Shown piece by piece: positions 39,948-48,398 of a stretch of DNA of 64,000 nt (within the stretch, counting starts at the first letter, position 1; the number at the start of each line of letters is the position of its first letter). The notes under the pieces are model-generated. The model saw only the letters and a list, made by a program, of their open reading frames with translations. It was not told the DNA's origin and did no database searches. Made by a program: the position numbers and the translations under genes. This stretch comes from a virus. The stretch is taken from positions 4,409 through 68,408 of IMG/VR virus record IMGVR_UViG_3300021467_000093. One strand, given 5' to 3'.

Positions 39948-40709
39948 ATGCTAGACAAACTTATATTTTTGAAGACACCGTCTGATCTACGTAATTTAGA
40001 ATACGTAAATAGATTATCCAATGAGTTTTTTGAATATTGTGCGGAAAATCTTTGTGTTGGTGTATCTAAATTAGAAATAGAAGAGTGGTTTATACATTTT
40101 TGTGAAAAGTATAATGTTAAGTCTGCATTTTTTAATTATAAGGGTTTTCCTAATCAATTATGTATTAGTGTAAACAATGAAATAATACACGGAACGGTTT
40201 CTGATTATTGTTTAAAAGATGGCGATATTATAACACTCGATGTTGGATTAGATTATAATGGATTTATAAGTGATAATGCTAATACATTTATGATAGGAAA
40301 TTGTTTTTCGAAAGCTTCTGAATTAATAAAACATACTTATGAAGCTCTATATAAAGCTATAGAAAATTTATATCCATTTAAACGCGTGTCTTCAATATCT
40401 GAAACGATTTATAATGTTGCTATACAAAATAATATAAAAGTATTACAAAATTTTGGAGGGCATGGAGTAGGTTATTTTTTACATGAAAAGCCAAGCATTC
40501 CAAATATACCTTTAAAAGTTGGTATCGATTGGCGCTTAAGACCGGGTATGGTTATTGCAATTGAACCAATTTTTTTATTAGACAATTCAAAAATTGAATT
40601 TATGGATAATGGTTGGACACTTATATCCGATGATTTAAGTGCCCACGTTGAACGTTCAGTAGCCATTTTGACTAATGGTTATAAAATATTAAGCGAGGAG
40701 GAAATATAA
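39948..40709 (+). CDS. map: Methionine aminopeptidase type I
   Basis: CISVNNEIIHG, LDVG, SDNA, GHGVG...HEKP, IAIEP, SAHVE. Confidence 0.92.
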   Translation: MLDKLIFLKTPSDLRNLEYVNRLSNEFFEYCAENLCVGVSKLEIEEWFIHFCEKYNVKSAFFNYKGFPNQLCISVNNEIIHGTVSDYCLKDGDIITLDVGLDYNGFISDNANTFMIGNCFSKASELIKHTYEALYKAIENLYPFKRVSSISETIYNVAIQNNIKVLQNFGGHGVGYFLHEKPSIPNIPLKVGIDWRLRPGMVIAIEPIFLLDNSKIEFMDNGWTLISDDLSAHVERSVAILTNGYKILSEEEI

Positions 40710-40710
40710 T

Positions 40711-41205
40711 ATGAAGAATGCGCATGATAAATTTATGGAGGATTTGTCCAAGTCTCTATTGAAAGCTAAAGCAGCTATTGAAGAAGCAGACATCATAGTA
40801 GCATCAATTGAAGAGGAAGAGCTGTGTGATGAAAATTATGAAATAGCAAAAATTTGTGGTAGCAAGACACTACCAATAGATGATAGGGCAGAGTGGGATG
40901 GCGATGCTGCCCGTGCTAGAATAGCTAAATGGGCTGGTGGGCCAGATAAAGACAAAATTAATTGGAAAAAATACGGTAAAGGTTTTGTTTGGGTAACGCC
41001 TGGCCAAGAAGAAAAATTTGGTGGGTATAAATTACCGTTTGCAGATGTTATAAATGGTGAATTGAAAGCTACTTGGGGTGGTGTAAGCAACGCTATGAAA
41101 GCAGTCAGGGGAGCTAGGAAAAAGCTAGTTGGTGTAGATGTTAAAAAAGCCTATAACTTTTTGGCTGCTTATTATAAAAAATTCAAAAAAGAAGTACCTA
41201 AATAA
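40711..41205 (+). CDS. Hypothetical protein; domain resembles modules appended to phage head-maturation proteins
   Basis: WDGDAARARI...YKLPFADVINGEL...LAAYYKKF, recalled pattern. Confidence 0.5.
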   Translation: MKNAHDKFMEDLSKSLLKAKAAIEEADIIVASIEEEELCDENYEIAKICGSKTLPIDDRAEWDGDAARARIAKWAGGPDKDKINWKKYGKGFVWVTPGQEEKFGGYKLPFADVINGELKATWGGVSNAMKAVRGARKKLVGVDVKKAYNFLAAYYKKFKKEVPK

Positions 41206-41227
41206 AATAAGGAAAGGAGTGAAGATA

Positions 41228-41659
41228 ATGGGCCTTAAAGAAGCAATAGCTAAGGTAAATGAAGCCATTAAAAATGCTGATGATGTAGCCAAAAAACTTA
41301 CTACGAAAGAACGAAAGAAATTAAAAAAATCAGTTTTTTGTGGGCCTAATAAATCATTTCCTGTACCTGATTGTAAACACGTAGCTGTAGCAAAAGCTTA
41401 TTTGAATAGATCTAAGTTTTCTAAAGCTACTAAACAAAAAATAGCTGCTTGTATAAACAGACGCGCAAAACAATTAGGTTGTAGTACAACAAAACCAGCT
41501 AAAGCTAAAGGAGAGCTAGAACATGCTTTTGATGCTTTGCCAGATGATTTGAGGGTACTAGCTGATAGCTCTATTTTTAAAAGTACTAAAGAATTAGTAG
41601 ATAAGTCCTTAGATAATGCAGGACTGCATTTAGATTTTAATTGTACTGAGTGTGATTAA
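41228..41659 (+). CDS. DUF6582-like small basic domain protein
   Basis: LTTKERKKL..SVFCGP..SFPVPDCKHV..A, recalled pattern. Confidence 0.5.
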   Translation: MGLKEAIAKVNEAIKNADDVAKKLTTKERKKLKKSVFCGPNKSFPVPDCKHVAVAKAYLNRSKFSKATKQKIAACINRRAKQLGCSTTKPAKAKGELEHAFDALPDDLRVLADSSIFKSTKELVDKSLDNAGLHLDFNCTECD

Positions 41660-41672
41660 TATGGAGGTAACC

Positions 41673-42116
41673 ATGGTTTGTGGTGATGAATTAGCTGGAA
41701 TATTATTTAATGCAGTTCAATCAGGTGTTTTAGTAATTGATGCTATGACTAAAACAATAATCGATGTAAACCCGGCCGCTATGTTTCTTATTGGGCAGCA
41801 ATATGATGATATAATAGGTAATCAGTGTGACCTAGTATTATGTAAAAACTGCGATTTGTTTTGTAAATATAGTGCTATTGATGATGGGCCGGCACTTAAG
41901 GAAATTAAAATTGAAAGAGATGATGGTAGCATTAAATATGCAGAATTTGCAGTTGTTAGCCGTTTTTATAAAGAAAAACATATTTATATAGTCACTCTTA
42001 TCGATATAACTGAGAAAAAAGAAGCCGAACTAGCTCTTCATGAGGTATGGAATGAAGCTAAACAAGTGTTGATTAAAAATTTAGATAATCTAAAGACAAA
42101 GGCGACGATAGAGTAA
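41673..42116 (+). CDS. Stand-alone PAS-domain protein
   Basis: GVLVID...IIDVNPAA...IG...DIIG...IDITEKKEAE. Confidence 0.8.
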   Translation: MVCGDELAGILFNAVQSGVLVIDAMTKTIIDVNPAAMFLIGQQYDDIIGNQCDLVLCKNCDLFCKYSAIDDGPALKEIKIERDDGSIKYAEFAVVSRFYKEKHIYIVTLIDITEKKEAELALHEVWNEAKQVLIKNLDNLKTKATIE

Positions 42117-42117
42117 A

Positions 42118-42615
42118 ATGACTACAAATAATAAAAATGGTATAAGTACAGCAAATTTATTATTTGAAGCAACACAGTATTTTGTTAATAATTTAAATGC
42201 TGGTCTAAATAAATTAGAAGATCAGTATAAAAAAATTGATAATAAAATAAATACTCCGCCGCGTACTGAGGAATTGTATGAGCGTCAGGGCAATATGACT
42301 GAGAAACTGGATGCAGTTATATCATTACTATCATCACTTAAGAATACATTTAAAAGTACGTTGTTATATATAAAAATATTTGCTACAGCAATTTCAATAG
42401 CGATAATTGTTGGCGGAATTATAATTTATTACGGTAACCAAAAAACTAGCATGGCTAAAATAGAAACTAGGATTGAAGAGCGTATGAATAAACAAATTGA
42501 AAAGCATTTCGATGAATTTAATAAACAGTTTTACGATTTCAGAATTACAATTGAAAGACGTTTAGACCGATTGGAAAAGAGCCGTAATAATGGAATTACA
42601 AATGAACGAAGATAA
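42118..42615 (+). CDS. Single-pass membrane coiled-coil protein
   Basis: Hydrophobic IFATAISIAIIVGGIIIYY segment flanked by coiled coils. Confidence 0.65.
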   Translation: MTTNNKNGISTANLLFEATQYFVNNLNAGLNKLEDQYKKIDNKINTPPRTEELYERQGNMTEKLDAVISLLSSLKNTFKSTLLYIKIFATAISIAIIVGGIIIYYGNQKTSMAKIETRIEERMNKQIEKHFDEFNKQFYDFRITIERRLDRLEKSRNNGITNERR

Positions 42616-42823
42616 CATTACTTACTTGGACTGCAAATGGTATATGGGGGACGGTCAATGTAAAATGCCGTCGATCAATGGGGGATTTTCTGCGTGTATA
42701 TCTTTAAATAAATTAGATCCATTTTGTGCGTGGTTAATACCATTTTTAAATACCGAAAGTAATAATAACAATGATGATGTTGAGTTACCGACGAGTTTTA
42801 AATTAGATAATGGTGCTTATTAG
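42590..42823 (+). CDS. Small Cys-containing hypothetical protein
   Basis: 77 aa ORF; start uncertain. Confidence 0.55.
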   Translation: MELQMNEDNITYLDCKWYMGDGQCKMPSINGGFSACISLNKLDPFCAWLIPFLNTESNNNNDDVELPTSFKLDNGAY

Positions 42824-42850
42824 GTCGCTTGATAGCGCATGAATTGAAAC
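42824..42850 (+). CRISPR. Solitary shortened type I-C-like CRISPR repeat
   Basis: GTCGCTTGATAGCGCATGAATTGAAAC: same GTCG start and TGAATTGAAAC end as the array repeat; CGCT/AGCG stem. Confidence 0.7.
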
Positions 42851-42875
42851 AAAAAACAAACGCCTATGAACTTAT

Positions 42876-42931
42876 GCACTAATTGACATAAATTATAACT
42901 GTTTTTAAGTGTCGATTAGTGCTATTTTTTT
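42876..42931 (+). terminator. Intrinsic terminator-like hairpin
   Basis: GCACTAATTGACA / TGTCGATTAGTGC stem followed by a T-run. Confidence 0.65.
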
Positions 42932-42942
42932 CAAAAAAAATG

Positions 42943-42971
42943 TTTACAATATTGAAAATATATTCCATAAT
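42943..42971 (+). promoter_or_regulatory. sigma70-type promoter for the prkA unit
   Basis: TTTACA-N17-CATAAT. Confidence 0.65.
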
Positions 42972-43007
42972 ATATATAGAGAATTACATTAGTTTGGAGG
43001 TGGCAGA

Positions 43008-43325
43008 ATGCCAGAAATTACAAAAAATTATATTCGAATACCAGTTAAACGAAAACGAAAATCTAATGAATTAAGAACTATAACTTTAGGAAAAGGAATT
43101 AAGGCACTATACGATGTTAAACGCAAAATAATAGTTACCTACCTGTTTGATAAAACAAAATATACAATGAAAGAGGCAAAGGAGTGGGTTAAAAAACATA
43201 GTAATAATGCAACATTGGAATTGGTTGCTAAAAATTTGATATTGGCAAATGAGTTACATTTGTCATTAGAGAATATAAAAGAGGAAGTTTTTAATAGAAT
43301 AAATGAAAAAGGAGAAGATCTATGA
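43008..43325 (+). CDS. Hypothetical protein
   Basis: 105 aa with SD ggagg; YLFDK..YTMKEAKEWVKKH resembles a small module found in phage proteins. Confidence 0.6.
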   Translation: MPEITKNYIRIPVKRKRKSNELRTITLGKGIKALYDVKRKIIVTYLFDKTKYTMKEAKEWVKKHSNNATLELVAKNLILANELHLSLENIKEEVFNRINEKGEDL

Positions 43326-45268
43326 ACTTTGAAGAAATCATAGCCAAGCAAAAAGAGGAGCAAAAATTTGAAAATTGGGAAGGTACTTTAATTGATTATC
43401 TAGAACTAGTTAAAAGTAATCCTAAAATTGCTACATTTGCGCCTGGTCGAATCTATAATTTGATTATTAATAAAGGAGTTGAAGAAGTCGACGAATCGTT
43501 AAAATTGCGAGGTTATGAAGATTTAGTCAAATATAAATTTTTTGACGGAAAAATATTTGGCGCATTAGAACCTATTCATGATATAATGAAATTTTTAAAA
43601 GCAGCTGCTAGGCGTACTGAGACTGGTAAACGTATTTTAATTTTAGTCGGTCCTGTTAGTAGTGGTAAATCTACAATAGCTGCATTATTGAAAAGAGGTT
43701 TGGAAAATGATCCGATCCCAAAATACGCTATTAAAGGATGCCCAGTACATGAAGAACCACTTCATGCTATACCACTGAGCGATAGAGAATTTTGGGAAGA
43801 GCAGTTAAATGTTAAAATAGAAGGAGTATTGTGTCCAGTATGTCAATATAGATTAGATACAGAGTTCACTAAAGATGGTATTGCTAATTGGGATAAATTA
43901 CCTGTAGAACGTATTAGATTTTCTGAACAAAAGAGAGTTGGTATTGGTACTTTTCAACCATCAGATCCAAAAAGCCAAGATGTAACAGAATTGATTGGTA
44001 GAGTAAATATGGCTAAAGTAGCACGATATGGAGAAACAGACCCGCGTGCATTTTCGTTTGATGGAGAACTTCAGGTTGCCAATGGCGGATTAATTGAAAT
44101 GGTTGAATTATTAAAAACAGATATTAAGTTACAATATGTCTTAATATCATTGGCACAAGAACAAGTTATCAAGTCGCCTGGTTTTCCACAAATGTATATA
44201 GACACTCTTGTGATTGCTCATACCAATATGACTGAATTTGATATTTTTAAAGCTGATAAGAAAAATGAGGCTCTCCATGATAGAATGTATCCTGTATTTG
44301 TTCCTTGGAATTTGAGAGTTGACGATGAGATCAAGATTTATGAAAAAATGATCAGAGAGTCTGATTTTAGAGATATACATATTGCTCCATATACATTAAA
44401 AATAGCAGCACAGTTTGCAGTATTAACAAGATTAGTTGATTCTGCAAAAGTTTCAAATAAAATTGAAAAAATGAAACTGTATAATGGGGAAATATCAGAA
44501 GGATTTAAAAAGACTGATATTGATATTAAAGAATTGCGCCAAGAAGGTAGAGATAAAGGTGAAGGATTGAAAGGTATTTCACCTCGATTTATTATAAATG
44601 CATTGAATGTAGCATTAGGAGCGAAAGAAGATAAGAAATGTGTGAATCCTATTGATATAATAAGAGCCTTAAGAGATAATTTTAAACATCATATAGGAAT
44701 AAATGAAGAAGAAATAGATCATTATTTGAATTTATTAATTGGCGACAAAGATTCAGTGAGTGCTGAATACAAAGAGATAGCTAAAAAAGAAGTTAATATG
44801 GCCTTTTTATATGCTTATGATGATCAAGCTAATGCACTTTTTGAGAACTATATGAAAAATATTTCAGCTTATTGTTTAAAAGAAAAAGTGTACGACTCTG
44901 TAACTGGGGAGTATTCAGATCCTGATGAAAAATTGATGAGATCATTAGAAGAGTTGATTCCAGTACCTGAAAATTCAAAATCGGAGTTTAGAAATGGTGT
45001 ATTTGTATATAAATCGCATGCATTAGAGCAAGGAAAGCAATTTAAATATACTGATTACCCGCCATTACAAGAGGCTATAGAGAAGAAACTGATGGCAGAT
45101 TTAAAACCTATGGTAAGTTTGTCGTTAGCAGATAAATCCGTAACTAATCCTAAAGCTAAAAAACGTAGAGAAAAAGCATTGCAGACATTATTAGAAAAAG
45201 GTTATTGTGAAGAATGTGCAAATGTTTTATTGGCTTTTGTCGGTGAAATATTACGTAAGGAAGAATAA
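43322..45268 (+). CDS. prkA: PrkA/YeaG AAA+ ATPase/serine kinase
   Basis: WEGTLIDYL, KRILILVGPVSSGKST, CPVHEEPL, GTFQPSDPKSQD, EALHDR, GISPRF. Confidence 0.95.
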   Translation: MNFEEIIAKQKEEQKFENWEGTLIDYLELVKSNPKIATFAPGRIYNLIINKGVEEVDESLKLRGYEDLVKYKFFDGKIFGALEPIHDIMKFLKAAARRTETGKRILILVGPVSSGKSTIAALLKRGLENDPIPKYAIKGCPVHEEPLHAIPLSDREFWEEQLNVKIEGVLCPVCQYRLDTEFTKDGIANWDKLPVERIRFSEQKRVGIGTFQPSDPKSQDVTELIGRVNMAKVARYGETDPRAFSFDGELQVANGGLIEMVELLKTDIKLQYVLISLAQEQVIKSPGFPQMYIDTLVIAHTNMTEFDIFKADKKNEALHDRMYPVFVPWNLRVDDEIKIYEKMIRESDFRDIHIAPYTLKIAAQFAVLTRLVDSAKVSNKIEKMKLYNGEISEGFKKTDIDIKELRQEGRDKGEGLKGISPRFIINALNVALGAKEDKKCVNPIDIIRALRDNFKHHIGINEEEIDHYLNLLIGDKDSVSAEYKEIAKKEVNMAFLYAYDDQANALFENYMKNISAYCLKEKVYDSVTGEYSDPDEKLMRSLEELIPVPENSKSEFRNGVFVYKSHALEQGKQFKYTDYPPLQEAIEKKLMADLKPMVSLSLADKSVTNPKAKKRREKALQTLLEKGYCEECANVLLAFVGEILRKEE

Positions 45269-45288
45269 TTCTATGAATGGAGGTAAAT

Positions 45289-45459
45289 ATGTTTGAAGAT
45301 ATTTTAGGACATGAATATAAGGAATGCTCTCAAAAAGATGAGATACTACGATATCCAAAGTCATGTCCATACTGTGGAGCATCAGATATTGGATTGGGAT
45401 CTGTGGATGGGCATACAACTTATTTTTTTTGTGCTAAATGTGGTTATACTTGGGAGTAA
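45289..45459 (+). CDS. Small zinc-ribbon protein
   Basis: MFEDIL...CPYCG...CAKCGYTW. Confidence 0.6.
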   Translation: MFEDILGHEYKECSQKDEILRYPKSCPYCGASDIGLGSVDGHTTYFFCAKCGYTWE

Positions 45460-45464
45460 TTCTA

Positions 45465-45656
45465 ATGTTTGATGATATTTTATCTACAACCAATGATAAA
45501 GACAAGTTAGAGCATTCTGATGTTGAGAATAGTGATTTTGTTTATGCTTACAGTTGTCCAATTTGTGGTTCTGTTAATCTTACTATACACACATTTGGCA
45601 ACGGTAAAGTAACTTTGTACTGCGTTAACTGTAATTTTCTATGGAATAGTGACTGA
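45465..45656 (+). CDS. Small zinc-ribbon protein, paralog of the preceding ORF
   Basis: MFDDIL...CPICG...CVNCNFLW. Confidence 0.6.
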   Translation: MFDDILSTTNDKDKLEHSDVENSDFVYAYSCPICGSVNLTIHTFGNGKVTLYCVNCNFLWNSD

Positions 45657-45689
45657 CAAATATTTAATGAGGACTCCCTTGATTTAATA

Positions 45690-45768
45690 GTTACACTTGA
45701 TAGTGCATGAATTGAAACAGAAGATTGATAAATTTATAGGTCGCGCTTAATAACATATGAATTGAAAC
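45690..45768 (+). CRISPR. Degenerate two-repeat mini-array with a 21-nt spacer
   Basis: GTTACACTTGATAGTGCATGAATTGAAAC (45690-45718), spacer AGAAGATTGATAAATTTATAG, GTCGCGCTTAATAACATATGAATTGAAAC (45740-45768). Confidence 0.75.
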
Positions 45769-45779
45769 ATGGAGGCTCT

Positions 45780-48398
45780 ATGACTATAATTTATCATCCC
45801 GATTGGGATATGTCAGAAAAAGGAAAGAAAGATGTAGAACGTCATCATAAAAAGATAGATGACGCTATTCGTAAAAGTGTAAAAGATGTAATAGCAGAAG
45901 AATCAATAATTACTAAGAAAAAAGGCAAAAAAGTTAGGATTCCAGTCCGTGGACTGAAAGATTATAAATTTATACATGGAGAAAAGGGCAAGGGAAAGGG
46001 AAAAGGGGATAAAAGTGAAGGAGAAGGAGAAAGTGAGGGAATTGGACAGGGCAAAGGTAAGCCTGGTGATATTATAGGCCGTAGACCAAAACAAGGCCCC
46101 GGTAAAGGTGGAGAAGGCAAACCTGGAGATAAACCAGGAGAAGATTACATTGAAGCAGAAATTGATATTGATTATTTAATTGAAATAATGTTTGAAGACT
46201 TGGGGTTACCTTGGATACAAGAAAAAACGAAAGCTCAGCAATTAGTTCCTAGTGGTTGGAAATTTGAAACAGTATCTAAGGTTGGTATTTTACCACGTTT
46301 ACATAAAAAACGTACTATTTTAGAAGCTATTAAAAGAAACGAGTTATATGCTCGTGAAATTGTAGAAGAATTGAAATGTGGTTATGAATTAGCCCTTAAA
46401 GCACTAGTTCAGGCTAATGGAGATATAGATGATGCAATTCAATTAATTAAAAATAACGAAGTAAATGAAGATGTTGATCCATATATTATTATTGAGGATG
46501 AAGATTTACGTTACAAACAAATAGAGCAAGATTTTGAATTACATTCTAATGCTGTAGTTATTGCAGCAATGGATACCAGCGGGTCGATGACCACGGATAA
46601 AAAATACTTATGTCGTTCATTATTATTTTGGTTAGTAGAATTTTTAAAGAAAGTTTATGATTATGTAGATATAAAATTTATAGTACATACTACTGAAGCT
46701 AAATTAGTAGACGAAGATACGTTTTTTTATAAAGGTGAATGTCATACTGATAATCACTATATTTTAATGCATGATGGTAGTATTAAAGACATAAAAGATA
46801 TAATTATTGGGGACAAGGTGGTTTCTATCAATAAGTTTGGTGAAAAGGAAATAAAACCAGTTACTAGAGTATATTCTAGAGAGGTCGAAGATTTATTAGA
46901 AATAGATTTAGTAGGCGCTGGTAAATTAAAATGTACTCCTCAACACAGATATTTTGTTTTTAACATAGATAATGGAAATATATATGAGAAAAAAGCTGTG
47001 AATATTGATATAAACAAAGAATACTTATTAATGCCCAACATTAACTTATTTGAAGATGATGATGAAATTGATGAAATGAATTATGTTATTGGATTTATAT
47101 TTGGTGACGGGTATGTAAAAGATAGAAGCATCAACATTACTGATAAAGATGTACGCAATTTAGAATATTTAAAATCTATATTAGACAGGTTTAATATTAG
47201 TAATAATATAATTTGTGGTGACAGGAATAGATTATGGATCTATAGTAAAAAATTTTGTGATTATATACGTACTAATTATAGCGGTTGTTGTGAATTGTCA
47301 CCAAAGAGATATATAAATAATAATATTAGTAAATTAGGCAATAAAAATTTAGCTTTATTTTTAAGTGGTTTGTTTGATGCTGAAGGACATGTAGGTGAAA
47401 AATCAATTCAACTGACAATGTCTAGTAAAAAAATTATTAAGCAAATATATAATTTATTATTAAGGTTTGGTATAGTATCGTCATATACATATCAAAAACC
47501 GAGCTATAAATCATTTGGATGTGTCGATGGTAAAATTTATCATAAATTACAGATACAGGGTGATAATTTAATAAAATTTAATAAGTTAATTGGATTTAGG
47601 TCTAAGCAAAAAAATGAAGCATTAGAGTTGTTGTGTAATAATAGATCTAAGACATCAACTAAAACTAGGTCACCGGTAGTATTATTTGATAAACATATAA
47701 GAGACTATATAAATTATACAACAACTAAATTAGATGGCTATAATTTTTTTAAATATGTACCACATAGATATTTTAATACTAAGATCTTACCAAGAAAATA
47801 TGTTGAAAGATTATTAAATGATTTTAAATTTATTGATGATGATAATTTTGTTAGTGCTTATAGCAATTCATTTAATCTAGTAAAAATAAATTCTATAGAA
47901 CCTATAAAAGATAAAACTAAGGTGTATGACTTAACAATTAAAGATAATAGTTCGTATATAATTGATGGGGTATATAGCCATAATTCTGGAGGAACGTTTT
48001 GTTGGACAGCAATAGACAAGGCTATATATTTAATTGAAACTGAATATCCAGTTGAAGAGTGGAATGTTTATTGTGTATATGTAAGCGATGGTGATGACTT
48101 TGATCCACAGAAAACTGTACGTTATATAGATGAACTAATGAAAAAAAGAATAAATATGTTCGCATATACAGAGGTTAAACCGCAATATTCTTCAATAAAT
48201 CATACTATTAATTTAATGTGGGGGTCTCAGAATACATTAATTAATACTATTAAGAAAAAATGGAAGTTTAATTGTAGAGTTGAAGACGGGGCAGAGTTTT
48301 GTAGAAATGATAATTTGCATATGATTTTATCTACTATTAGAAATAAAAACCATGTATATCCAACTTTAAAACATATTTTGTTTGAGAAAGTAAAGTAA
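45780..48398 (+). CDS. yeaH: YeaH/YhbH (DUF444, vWA-like) protein containing an intein
   Basis: DVERHHKKI, GIGQGKG, FEDLGLP, DLRYK, MDTSGSM, YVSDGD; SD GGAGG before the ATG at 45780. Confidence 0.9.
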   Translation: MTIIYHPDWDMSEKGKKDVERHHKKIDDAIRKSVKDVIAEESIITKKKGKKVRIPVRGLKDYKFIHGEKGKGKGKGDKSEGEGESEGIGQGKGKPGDIIGRRPKQGPGKGGEGKPGDKPGEDYIEAEIDIDYLIEIMFEDLGLPWIQEKTKAQQLVPSGWKFETVSKVGILPRLHKKRTILEAIKRNELYAREIVEELKCGYELALKALVQANGDIDDAIQLIKNNEVNEDVDPYIIIEDEDLRYKQIEQDFELHSNAVVIAAMDTSGSMTTDKKYLCRSLLFWLVEFLKKVYDYVDIKFIVHTTEAKLVDEDTFFYKGECHTDNHYILMHDGSIKDIKDIIIGDKVVSINKFGEKEIKPVTRVYSREVEDLLEIDLVGAGKLKCTPQHRYFVFNIDNGNIYEKKAVNIDINKEYLLMPNINLFEDDDEIDEMNYVIGFIFGDGYVKDRSINITDKDVRNLEYLKSILDRFNISNNIICGDRNRLWIYSKKFCDYIRTNYSGCCELSPKRYINNNISKLGNKNLALFLSGLFDAEGHVGEKSIQLTMSSKKIIKQIYNLLLRFGIVSSYTYQKPSYKSFGCVDGKIYHKLQIQGDNLIKFNKLIGFRSKQKNEALELLCNNRSKTSTKTRSPVVLFDKHIRDYINYTTTKLDGYNFFKYVPHRYFNTKILPRKYVERLLNDFKFIDDDNFVSAYSNSFNLVKINSIEPIKDKTKVYDLTIKDNSSYIIDGVYSHNSGGTFCWTAIDKAIYLIETEYPVEEWNVYCVYVSDGDDFDPQKTVRYIDELMKKRINMFAYTEVKPQYSSINHTINLMWGSQNTLINTIKKKWKFNCRVEDGAEFCRNDNLHMILSTIRNKNHVYPTLKHILFEKVK
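46740..47984 (+). mobile_element. Intein with LAGLIDADG endonuclease (415 aa) in YeaH
   Basis: YKGE|CHTDNH...CTPQH...IGFIFGDG...LSGLFDAEG...VYDL...YSHN|SGGT. Confidence 0.92.

Noticed and set aside
46000-46145. G/K/E-rich low-complexity stretch in yeaH
   Set aside because: The Gly-rich linker is a normal feature of YeaH/YhbH proteins.
48031-48040. AATTGAAAC inside yeaH
   Set aside because: Coding sequence with no upstream stem or GTCG start; expected by chance in AT-rich DNA.
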